A DNA stretch of 64,000 bases from the human T2T-CHM13v2.0 reference genome, Homo sapiens. The notes beneath the pieces were generated by a model that saw only the letters and a program-made list of their open reading frames with translations, was not told where the DNA came from and did no database searches. A program made the translations under genes and the position numbers. The stretch lies in the NCBI RefSeq assembly GCF_009914755.1, contig NC_060929.1; one strand, written 5' to 3'. Below, one piece after another: positions 41,581 through 53,914 of this stretch (the first letter of the stretch is position 1; every line of letters starts with the position of its first letter).

Positions 41581-44457
41581 CTACTCTCTCCCTTGACATT
41601 ATGGGAACCACATTTACTGAAGAGCAATCATCAGGGAAGCTACTGGGGGGAAAGGGATGATGGGGAAGTCTGTCTGTCTGTTTCTCTCTTCCTCCCTTCC
41701 TCTTTTCCTCCCTCATACCCTCCCTTGATAAGCCTGGACAGCCCAACCACTTTTTCTTGTGCTTGTTTGTATTTCCAGATTTTCTTCCAATTTGGGGTCA
41801 ATTGATTTCTGTCAGAAACAGATGCCCATTGCCATTTCCTCCTGCATGTTTATTTAGAAAAAAATCAATTGTTGTGTTCAATATAATCAGATCTATTTGC
41901 TCTCTGGGAGTCTTCATGCTCTGACAAGAACGCCTCTCTCCCACACCCTCACCTTGCTTGCATCCCTCTTTTGCCTGGTAGGATATTGATTCCTGGGGGT
42001 TCTTGGGGCCTCCAGTTGGCAAACCCAATTCTCAAGTCTGTAGAGCTACAGGGCATTGAAAATAGTGGCTTTGTGCCCCTACAAAACTTGATGGGTTTTT
42101 CCTTTTTCTGGGCCTGGATAAGGATAAGTTTTGGGGAAGAGGAGGAATAGTTTTGCCTGAGTCTAGCTCCTCACTCCCTGAAAGAGGCTGAAATTTTGTC
42201 CTGGCAAATAGACCAGAAGTGGGGGTACAGAATGAAAGTGGAGGTGGGGCCAGCTGCTGGGGTAAATGGAGATGGATGTGTGCCTGTGTGGAGGGTCTGC
42301 AGGAGCCAGCATTTCTGCAGCCCCCAGGACTTCCTGGAGTGGGGGGCATTTATACCCAGATACTGAAAAATTGATGTACACAGCAGGTGGATATGGTGTC
42401 AGGAAGAGGCTGTACTCAGAAACACCGGTGGACAATCAGGCTCCGAAGAACATGCTGCAGCAGGGCCACCTGAAGGTGAGGACAGGCTGGGTCAAAAGGG
42501 CAGGATGCCCCATCCTTGCAGATCCCCCCAACCTTCCTCCTGGACCTTGGTGGGGCGTAAACCACTTCTGAGCTGCCTGCTGCCCTGGGCAAGATTCCTT
42601 TCTGGGAGCCTCTTATTTCGTCTCAGGACCCCAGTGGCCAGGCTGGCCTAAGCATGGAGAGCGCCCTGGGAGTTCTTGGGGTCACCAGCTGGCAAACCCA
42701 TTTCTCAAGTCTGTAGAGCTACACGGACTGGCGTCCCCCTGTGAGCAGGGGTCTGCAGCTGGACAACACCTCCAACACTGGCAGGTGGGGGAAACCATCC
42801 AGGTGGGTCTTGCTGGGATGGAAGTGGGGTGCTGCAGCATCCTCCCCAGGCTCGGCCCCACCTCACATCCTCACAGCTGCCTGTGAGAGCAGACTTCTGG
42901 CTGCTTCACCCTGGCAACTGCCCAACAGACACCTTCTGGTCAGGAAGGTATGTGCAGGTCTAGAAGTCAATCTTCTGGGGGAAAGGGGTGGGCCCTCCAG
43001 GTCTCCAGCATCAGCTCCCTGAGCCCACGGTCCCACCCCCTGCTAGGGCCCACACTGTCCAGGCCACTCCCATCCTTTTACCAGTGTTTATTTACATACT
43101 GTGTGCCCGATGCTGGGCAGCCTCCAGTCCTGGGCACTGTGGGTGCCTGTGGTGGGAGGCCAAGGGAGGGATGTTCAGGATGAGACCTGTAGGAGGAGGA
43201 GTTGTGGGAGGAAGCAGAGGGAAGAGCAGGCCAGGAGCAGGACTGCGCGTGCAGGAGCCATGGTGGGGCACGTCTGGAGACTGGTGAAAGCTGGTGTGGC
43301 TGGGCTAGAGGGGCTGAGTCAGGTGGAGAGTGAAACAAGACAGGCAGGAGAGGGCAGTGGGACAACCCAGGCAGAGCCTCCAAGGCCTTGGGGAAGTGTG
43401 TGGCACCGTACATCATGCTGTTCAAAACTTCCTTCGTCATTTCTTCCCTTTACTGAGGGCACTCCATGCCCGGGCCAAGCTTGCCACTGGGGTCCTGAGA
43501 TGAACCAAGGGATTCCAGGAACAGAATCTTAAATCCTTCTTTACCCCAGGAGCAACTGTGCTTTAATGAGTTGCAAGAGAGAACTTTGCCCAAACTTAAA
43601 TCATGAAGTCATTTGTCCGAAATTACTGAGCTCCTCTGGTGCCCGACAGCACTGGGGAAGGGCCGTGGACCCTGGAGGAAAGGCAGCCTGATGCTCAGAG
43701 CTCTGCTTCTGTGCAGATGATCACTCGAGATCCCAAAGTCCAAACTCGCTTTTTGGGAAGGCTTTTGAGCCTTCATCTCCAAGGGCTGCCCTCTTGGTGG
43801 CTCCCTGCCTTCACTCCCTGCCTTTGTCATCCGAATTCCACAGGGCTTGAGGTGGAGTGGGGGAGGGAAAACTTCCTTCCTTGCCTTCTTCCAGCCCCCA
43901 GAGGCAGATGCCCCAAAGCTGCAGCCTCCAGCTCAGTCTCCCTGGATAGATTTCCTCCCTCACAGCTGGCCTTGGCTTCCAGGATAGATATTTTCCTAGC
44001 AAGGTGTGTCAAAGTCATAGGTTACCAAATTCCAGTTTTATTTTTACATTCCTGCCCCCTGCTGGTTTCACTGTGGGGTCAGATAGGAGTGACTTAGCTG
44101 TGTGAAGCACTGGGCATTTTGGACACCACCGGACATGTCTTCAGCTAAAGGCTCCCTCCCCTCTTCCAGCTTCAAACATTTGTCTAATTCTAGAAGAAAT
44201 ACATGCCCATCAGAGAACCACTTGGAAAGTGCAAATAAATATAAAGAAAAAGAAAATAAATCATCCCGAAATCCACCTCCCAGATGCAGCTGCTGTCAAC
44301 ACACTGCTGGCCAGATGTGAAGCTGGGCCCTCTCCATGAGTGACACTGAGCCCATTATTGAAATGAGCTCTTTCACGTAGTCCAGCCCTCGTCTGCTGTG
44401 CGGGCTCCGAGACCTGTTTTCTGATCTTCCTCCTATTCTTCTCAAATTCCAATCATT

Positions 44458-44788
<331 letters not shown>

Positions 44789-45298
44789 TCAACACCCAAG
44801 GTTCATGTCTTTCTTATCTTCACCCCAGTCAGCCCTGCCCACCTGCCCAGCAATTCCACACAGGTGACTACAAGAGAGGTGGGGGGTATGGGGGGACCAA
44901 GGGGACTTCAGCAGCACTGATCACTGGGCATGCTCCTGCCCAGGGGCCTGGCATTGACTATCCCCCTGGCTGGAGTGCTATTCACCCAAATCTCCACCTG
45001 GTGTATTCATCTTGGCCTCTGCTTAAACATCACCTGATGTAAGCTGGCACCCCTTACCTTCATCACTCTCCGTGCCCTGACACTGTGTGTGTTGGGCCTG
45101 GCTCCCAGGTAGGGAGGGAATCAGATCTCTCCGGACAGGGGCAGGGTCCAGTCTTAGCCTTAGCCTTGGTCCACAGGATACTTTACTCCTTCGGAGGGAA
45201 GGTCCCTGGGGTGTGTGGCAGAGGCTTGGGGACCACCCCACTCCTCCCTGGTGCCCCTGTGGGTGATGGTCAAGATGATGTTGAGAATGATAGTGGCA

Positions 45299-45382
45299 GG
45301 CCGGGCGCGGTGGCTCACGCCTATAATCCTAGCACTTTGGGAGGCCGAGGCAGGTGGATTACCTGAGGTCAGGAGTTCGAGA
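45299..45382 (+). mobile_element. 3'-truncated Alu (first ~84 nt of left monomer)
   Basis: ggccgggcgcggtggctcacgcctataatcctagcactttgggaggccgaggcaggtggattacctgaggtcaggagttcgaga, after which Alu similarity stops. Confidence 0.9.
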
Positions 45383-45947
45383 GAATGGTTCGAGAGAATG
45401 CCATAAGGAGCCCTGAGCTGGGGCCCGGATCCCATTGCCAGGGCCTCTCTAACTCAGCCTGGGATGGGGAGACTCAGAATACAGTTGAACTTCAGCATTG
45501 ATTAATCCGGAGGCGTGACTCTTCCAGAGAAAAGGTGGGATGCTTGCATATAACCTTGACGTCCATGCCTTGAATGAGGCTCAGCAGGGGCTGCCAGGTT
45601 GGGACCCGCAGGGGACCTGCTTCATGAGTGGGCAGGACCGCCGTGATTTGGACTGCACAAGTTTCTGCCCACATGTTTGGAAAGTCATTTCAGTGTTTTC
45701 TCTGAGTCTTGCTGGTTTCCAGGTAAAGAGAACTTTGTGTTGTTCCAAATAAGGGGATTTTGTCTTTGCCTTTGTGGTAACCTTGGCTAAGTCAAGCCTT
45801 ACAGTGAGGTTTGGAGAATTTCAGGGAAGCCCCCTCCATAGCTGGAAATTCCCTATGCTCTGAACACAGCTGCGCTTTCTCATGCTGCCCCACCCCCTTC
45901 CTGTCTTCAGGCCCAATCCACCTCGTCTGTAGGAAGCTTGTCCACTT

Positions 45948-46017
45948 ACACACACACACCCACACACACACACACCCCCACACCCACCCACACCCACACA
46001 CCCACACACACCCACAC
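45948..46017. repeat. Degenerate (CA)n/(CACC) microsatellite, UG-rich in FSTL4 pre-mRNA
   Basis: Seen directly. Confidence 0.92.
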
Positions 46018-46087
46018 GGGACTGCCTTCTCCCTCAGCTTTCCTTTCTGCCTGCTATGAAATCCTTTCTGAGTGAGGCTTGCCCCAG

Positions 46088-46480
46088 CCTTAGTTTGGGC
46101 TCCCCCAAAGCAGTCCCTGAGATGAGGATCTAGGGGCAAGCAGCATATTTGAAGATGATCCCAAGAAGTGCTGGAAGGAACAGGAAGTAGACTGGGAAGG
46201 GAGAAAAGCCAACAAAGGGTTCACTCATGAGTGGGTTGCCGCCGTGGGCAATGGGGGTTCAATCCCATGGGGTCCTCAGAGGGACTGTGTAGAACACACC
46301 GCAGAATTGCTTCACTGAGGTGGGAGGGAGCCAGGATATTTTTCTACTGACTTCCATCCCTATTAGCTGAGGTTGCTCTTGGAGGAATTCACCACCTCCA
46401 GCTAGCAGTTCTGGACCTCCCAAATGAGGACTGAGTCCACGCCTGAGACCGGAAAATGTCCTCAGGCTGAAGCTGCAGGT
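46088..46480 (-). mobile_element. Old ERVL-type solo LTR (LTR16/LTR33-like)
   Basis: cttagtttgggctcccccaaagcagtccctgagatgaggat..gatcccaagaag..gggaagggagaaaagccaacaaaggg..gtgtagaacac. Family uncertain, far boundary approximate. Confidence 0.6.
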
Positions 46481-49400
46481 GCCTGGGATTGGATGCTCTT
46501 GGCAAGTGTTATGGGGAATCGTCCATCCAAGCTGCACATCACCTCTGGGGTTGACTGAGGGAAGCTGGATGGGCGGCTTTCAGCATCTGCTATGTCCCCT
46601 TAATGGGATTACATGTTCTGAGCAGGCAGGAGTTGAAGTGGACAGCTCCCCATGCAGCATTACAGTATGAAATGCTTGTTGAATGAGAGGACCAGAGTCC
46701 TGTGGCTCCAGGGCATTTTCATGAAGCTGGAGCCAGGGTGATGGGCTCACCCTATAACAACCTTGTCTAAGGTCTTCAGGGGGACACAGACTTCATCTTA
46801 GGCTGCCGTGTCTACCTGATATTAACACTGCTAATGACAGTCACCACAAGGTCAGACAGAACACTGGGTGGAGGATCAGGAGACCACCTGACTTCAGCTG
46901 TGAGACCTTAGGAAAGGCATTCACTCCCCTGCCCTTCCTACTCCTATTCCCTATCTTCACATGGGGATAATAATAGCTTCTTACTGCCTTCCAGGGTCAT
47001 AGCATACAAGGAAATGTGAGGACTTAGCAAGTGGTTGGCGAGGCCTGGGGTCTTCTCTTGGTGAGATGGGCTCAAAGCCCCAAGGGAGGGGTATGGCTCA
47101 TTTGTCTTTGTCCCCTTTACTGTGGGGCCTGGGACAGGTTGGCAACTAAATCAGTGCTCATGGCTAAACAGAAGACAGAAGATGTCCTGATCCTCTCCCT
47201 CCCTCCTGACCGCCAGTGCACATGCCCCATCTGGGGCTTCTTGGGGAGAGAGGCTGCATGTCCTGGTAAGCCTGACACTGACAGCGTCATTGGCAGGCTC
47301 TGTGAAGGGCTCAGCCACCTTCCTGCCAGCCTGGGTGCCCTCCATGCCACAGGGCTGGCCTGGCCAGCCCCTGGCCCTGGCCTCAGGCTCCTTGCCAGCA
47401 CATGCGTGGGGCTCCTCCTGCTCCCAGACCAGGCCTGCTTTGGCAGATAAAATATTGATCAGCTTGCCGAGGAGCCCAGAGTGTGATCCTATTTTCATGT
47501 CAGAACTTGGTAATGAACTACATTTATCAAGCCCGTTCTCCATGAGAAAGGTCAGTCGCAGATCCGGCTAAGTTGTTATGACACCTCATTAATCTAGTTC
47601 CCTCAATAATTGTCCCTCTTTGAAGATTCTAATGTTCTCTCATTCCCACTGCACTCCCTTCACACAGAGGAAGATGATTATAGCAGGAGAACAGGCACAT
47701 CCACATTTAATTTTTGAGCAAAGGGAGATAGGTAGCAGGTAGCAGTCTCTGGAATTAAATGTCCATCAAAGAAACACTTTCTATTGCAAAACAAAGGGAA
47801 GCAAGGGAGACATTGTAAATATTCCATCAGCCACTTGTGCCCCTGCCAGACTGTGCTCAAAGGGACCATCTTCATTCTGTGGCAGGTGAAGCTCCTGTAA
47901 AAGGCATGGGTGGGGCTGGGAGACTCCGAAGAGTCAAGGGGAGGGAGGCGTTGTGTAATGTGGGCAATGTGGAAAGTGCTACACAGGCTGTCGGGAGCTC
48001 AGATTCTGAGAGGGAGACAGGCCATGTGGTCAAGGCCCAAGCCTTGGATCCCAGGGGTGAGGCACCTGCATGGTGGTGGGGCGGGAAAGTGGGCTCTCTC
48101 TTGCTGCCCCGTCCTACTCTCTCACTGCAAGGTGTTTCTTCACCAACTCCTTCAGCCTCCCTCGCCTAACACACCAATCCTGCCTAACGGGCACCCTCGT
48201 GTGCTGCCCTGTTCTCTCTTGCCAGCCTTCTCCAGCCTTCAATTTCTGTGACTTTTTCATCCACTGTGGATCATCAGGCTCCCTGTTAGACTGTGAGCTC
48301 CTCCAGTGCAGTGGGGCCTTGCTTACAGGTGTACCCCCAGCACCTGGCCCAGCATCCACACATAGAAGGGGCTCATTCAGTGTCTGTTACCGGTATGACT
48401 GTGGAAGACAGGTGGCAGGTGGGCTTGGAGAGTGGCTACGGCCCTGCCCTGAAGAGGAGACAATCCCAGCCACCCTGCACCATGGTGACGGGTCTGGATC
48501 TCTGAAGGGGGCTAGTGCCTGTGTCACCCATCATGTCAATTCCTTGGGGGGCATGCTGACCATGTGGTACATGTGGCCATGCTCACTGAAGCCCAGACCT
48601 CCATACCTCACCCAGTGGGGACAACCCAAAACCTGCAATGCTGTTCCCATGGAGTGAACTCCAGCATGGCCAGGCTAGGGGTGGTGGCAAGGTGGTCTCT
48701 GGACACTAGGTTGCATAGAAGTGTGGTGGGCACAAGGCAGCTGCCTGGGAATTGCTTCTGGAGAGGAGGAGGAAAGCTTCTGCCCTCTTGTCTTGGCATT
48801 GCTGGTCAGGAGAGCCGTGGATCACCCTGTGAAGAGGCCAGCTGAGCGCCCTGTGCTTGAAACAGCCACCCAGGTAAGGAGGCCTGTGGATGAATTTGGC
48901 TATGGCATAGCTTCAGGAAAGACCCTGTTTTTTGCCCCGGCTCTGATCAGTAAATGAACAGAGCCGACCCTGTGGACCATCTGTGTTCTTGGGGACAGCT
49001 TTATACACAGGCAGAATGTGGGGTCAAGGTGGGTGGGGGGAATCCCCAGGCCACTATAAGACCACAGCCCCATGAGTCTCCGGGGTGCTGGAATCTCCCT
49101 TCTTGGGGTCACTCTACTCTCAGGAGTCCCCCTTTGAAGAATATCCAAAATGTACTGGAGAGGGGAACGCAGGACATGGCTCAACATCATGAAAGAGCTC
49201 AGCTGCCACTGCTGGAAGCAATCCCTTTGGGGAAGGGGGCGTGGACCTAGGGGCAAAGGCATGGGGAAGAAAGACTTGCCTGGGTGGGGGATGGTGGGTC
49301 TGCTCTGAATGCCAACAAATGGGGTGAGGATCTCTCTTCCCAAACCAGACACAGGCCATCCCTGCAGAAACCACATAGTAACCAGCCACTCTCTGGAGCT

Positions 49401-50689
49401 GCAGTCACTGGGCTCCAGCCCCTCTTCAACCTGGCAGGGTGGCTAGAGCTCAGATCCCCAAACCTCACCTGAGAACCCCCCAGAGAGGCCCAGGGGAGAG
49501 ACAGGACATGCCCCCATCCTCTTGGCTGCCTGTCCCCCAGACATTAGCAACACTGGTTCCCACACTTTCCCCATTAGCCTGGTAAGTCATGTCATGTGCT
49601 GCCCCAGCAAAGCTTCGATCTTCACCACCAAAGCAAAAACCTGGCTTAATTGTCTGGCACCCATGTTATATAGCTCAGTGCGGCTGCGTTACAGGGGCCT
49701 CAGTTGTGATGTGTCATTCTGAGGTCTATTTTGAAACTGCTAAGCTGCGCAAAGAACAAGCAGGATTTTACTCCCAGCTCTAATTTAGGAGCTGCCGTAA
49801 CTTTGCTGGAGTTTAGCTTAAGAGGAACAGATGTTTAACTTGATGTAAATTCATGAACATTAACAATCTTTCTGCTGCCATTTCTGGGAAAATTCAATTA
49901 ACAATAAATGCCAAAACCAATGGGCTTATCTTTAAGATATATTTTAGCTAACATGATGTCGTTTCACTGACAGTGTTGACTGAGCCACAAAACTCTGAAA
50001 ATTCCAAGAGACTGTTACACACATATGATACAGTCTTCTCACAATCCCCAAACAAACATGGACAGGTGTACTGGAAGTCGTGCCACTTGGTAACCCACTG
50101 CCGCTGTCCCCTGGGGTCTGTGACTTCTAAGTGAGTGGGTCACTATCCCCTTCTCTCAGCACCCTGTGGCGGTGTTTATGCCTGTCATTGGCCTAAAACC
50201 ACTGGCTACTCTAGCCTTGAAGGCCCTCCCAGTGGTCCCAGTCTGGCTCCACTGACTTCCCACTCCCTGCCAGAAAGCCCGCCCGCAGAGCTTGCTCCCA
50301 GGTGCCCCACTCCTGGCAGACCCTCTCTTCAAATCTGACTTTTCTGCCAAGGCCCAGTTCCACAGAGCTGTTTCCATCCATTCCAAACCACACACTCTGG
50401 ACCTTGGCTCTGTGAGCCTGGAGGGGTTTGTCCTTGTCCTATCTCCTAGACTGAGCTTCTTAAAGCAAAGACTGCTCCCAGCATCTTTGTATCTCTTGGG
50501 TGAATAACTTCACGTTCTTAGAGAACACTGCTAACAGGGACCTACGGTGGGCATACCTTCACCAGGTGCTGCAGCCTGCCCATGGCCTGGAGGAACTCAG
50601 CCTGCCTCCTGTCCCTTCCATCACTTGGAGCTTTCCCTGGAACACTCCTCACTCCTTAGTCCCAACACCAGAACCAGCAATGAGCCAAA

Positions 50690-50822
50690 TGCAGTCATTA
50701 GACAGATGGGAAAACTGAGGCCCAGGGTGGGGAAGGGACGTGGCTGGACCACGGGGCAGACTAGTAGCAGATCCAAGATCAGAACCCAGATCTCCTGACC
50801 CTGGTCTTTCAACCACATAACA
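50690..50822 (-). mobile_element. MIR SINE fragment
   Basis: cattagacagatgggaaaactgaggcccagggtggggaaggga..agaacccagatctcctgacc. Confidence 0.7.
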
Positions 50823-53031
50823 CCAGGGCCTCAGGAAACTCAACGAAGAACCTGTTTACTCTGGCTTTCCCTAGAGGAAGCCCAGGACAGGCCTAGCTGA
50901 GGAAACGCAACGGTATGGGAGAGCTGCTATAGATTCTCACCTCTAGAAGGTCTGCAGGTCTGTTAGAAACAAATTTTCAGCTTCTAGAAGGGTAGCAAGT
51001 ATGGGGTGAGGCCCGGAAAGCTGCATTTTAAGAGTCTGCTGATTCTAGCACAGATAGTCCACTGAGCACGCTTTGGGAAACACAGTTTTAGCAAACATGC
51101 TTACCTTCCCCCTACCTGACAGGGCTCACTTGGCCACCTTGCTTGAGAGCTGACTGGCTCTCAGGAGGGGCCTGGAAGGGAAAACTACCAGGGATTAAAT
51201 CAGAAAGAGAAACTGGGTAATAGCTGGAGGGTGCCCGCCTCTCAGCCAAGACCCAGAGACAGAGCCGAGCAGTTCCTTCCAACATCCTGGCTCTTGCTTC
51301 CCGGTAAGGCATGGATGTGCTGGTTCCTCTAATTGGGAAACAGAGGCCAGTATAAGGGCTTCAGGGGGAGGAGGGCATGGCTACAGGACTGGGTCTGTCT
51401 CTTGTTGAGCTGAGCTGACAGCCATCACAGGCAGCTGAGTTTGCGGCTGAAAGGGTTGGTTCTCTCAAAGGTCACCTGCTGGCATTTGGCCATGCCAAGG
51501 TCCTGGGATCCTACATAAGGATTTTGGCGTGTGGGTACTCTAGCATCCAGGGACTGGCTGAGGGAAATCAAGTGGTTACAGCCTCTTAGATTTAGCCCCT
51601 CATCCTCCCAGGATTCAAAGAGGGCCTTGCATCAAGGCTGCCAAACTATTCTCGGTCAGTTTCCATCTGGTCTTTTCCCTGGAGTGTCCATATTTGTCAT
51701 CTCAGCTAATTTTGAATTTTCTAGGTTGAAGGTACAAGGCTCACTTTGGAACCACAAACAGAATCTGCATGTGTAAGGCTTGACATGGCCTTTTACCCAG
51801 GGTTAAACACACACGAGGCCATGCAGACCTTGCGCCTGGTTCCCCGGCTGTGCTGCACTGGAGCAGATCCAGCCGACTCCAAGGCTGGTGGCAATATCCA
51901 CCTCCACTTGCACCTGAATACGCAGACAATGCCTCATCTCAATTTGCACCCCAGCATCAGGTCATTTAAATTAACAAAACCACCCAGACCTTTGTTAGAT
52001 AAATGGTACATTTGCTTATGAATGCCTGGTTCAATTGATGTTGCTATACAATCTGCTGTCTGACATTTACAATCCTCTCTTTTATTCCTATTAGAGAAAG
52101 CAAAATTGGTTGGATCCCTGGGAGAGGGATCCACATATACTTTTTATGGTTGACTGGCAGATCTGTCAGGTGGCCCCAGAGTGAAAGAGCACTGTATGAA
52201 AACATGAATAAATGCTAAAGCTCTCCTGGTATTAAGAACTTTATTTTTTACTATTGTGTTAGTGGAAAACCTCCACCAGCTAGATTCCCTAACAGGTCAG
52301 CATTCCTTGTGGAAGGTGGGCAACAGCTTCTTATGAACTCCGGCTCCCCCTTTGCCCTGTCCAGCAGCTCAGCCCTCCTCCCACTCTCCCTGTCACCAGC
52401 CCCAAGAGCAGAAGCAGTAGTGCTGGACTAGAGGTCAGTCACCAGGCAGGGAAGTCGGAGGGGATATGGGAGTGTGGGTGCCTTCTCCACCTCCTGTTTA
52501 ATTTTATTAATTTTGTTTCCAAGACTTCCTTGGGAGGCTGCATCCTCCCAAACATCTAACTAAGGGGAAAAGGCCGGCTGTGGAGCTGGCAGTAACTTTG
52601 CTCAGCGTCAGCGAGGCAATGGCGTCAGTGATGTCCAGAAATGTAGCTGCTTTGAGCTTGAGCTACTGTGGCCTTTGAGTGGCCACTAGACTGAGTGGTG
52701 GGCACATCCATAGAGACACGGCCGGGTCTGAGGCTGTCGCTTCCTCCGCGAGTGATCAAGATGAGGGTTACTGGCTCCAGACTGAGGCTGATGGGTCAGG
52801 CAAAGGGAGCACTTAGCTCCCACATGGACTCATCGCACATGCAAGGAGTCTCTATAAACGGTCTCAACAAGGGCAGTGCTGTCCCCAAGAGGCGTTTTGG
52901 AATTTTGTGGGGATGTTTTTGGTTGTCACAATGATTGGAGGGCCTTGGTAGCACTTAATGGGTGGGGCCAGGGGTCCTAGCGATCCTGACCTTCACGGTA
53001 CCATCCTGCACAAAAACTTCTGCTGGCCTGG

Positions 53032-53497
53032 TGTATTAGTCGGGGTTCTCTTAGAGGGCCAGAACTCAAAAGAGAGAGAGAGATATATATATATTTATTT
53101 ATTAAGTATTAACTTACACACCTGTAACAGGTTCTGTTTGCAGCTCTCACAAGGTCCCACAATAGACTGTCTGCAAGCTGAGGAGCAAGGAGAGCCAGTC
53201 CGAGTCCCAGAACTGAAGAACTTGGAGTCTGATGCTCGAGGGCAGGAAGCAACCAGCCTGGGAAAAAGATGTAGGCTGGGAGGCCAGGCCCGTCTCTCCT
53301 TTTCACATTTTTCTGCCTTCTTTATATTCGCTGGAAGCTGACTAGATTGTGCCCACCAGATCAAGGGTGGATCTGCCTTCCCCAGCCCCCTGACTCAAAT
53401 GTTAATCTCCTTTGGCAACACCCTCACAGACACAGCCAGGCTTAATACTTTGTATCCCTCAATCCAATCAAGTTGACGTTCAGTATTAACCATCACA
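53032..53497 (-). mobile_element. MLT2A (ERVL) solo LTR
   Basis: tgtattagtcggggttctcttagaggg..cacaaggtcccacaatag..gagtcccagaactgaagaacttggagtctgatg..caatccaatcaagttgac..attaaccatcaca. Perfect 5-bp TSD CCTGG (53027-53031 / 53498-53502). Confidence 0.92.
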
Positions 53498-53914
53498 CCT
53501 GGCATCTCATCTGAATTTTTAAATGTCTCACTCACGGCAGCAAAACATCTGGTTACTATTACTTGAGCCTAGAATCTAATGTGTTACACGACATTCACCC
53601 CCTTTGCCCCGGGTTTGGCAAAGGCATTCCAAGGATGCACCTCTGCTGTCAATTGTAGATTCTGTTTACTATTTTATCAAGAATCATTCACCATTTTGGA
53701 GAATCCCATCTCTAAAGCGACAACACTTGAATATTCAAGTTGTCAACATAACAGACGTGTAACAGGTTCTGTTTGCAGCTGTTGTATTCTTAGGGTTCCA
53801 CGTGTAGGTGCTGACATCTGGCCTCCATGAGTGCAGCTGGTGCCCAGATATTTACATACTGAAAGGTTTATTTTATGCTCATCACTTTTCCTGCATTTCT
53901 CCTTTTTATCACAT

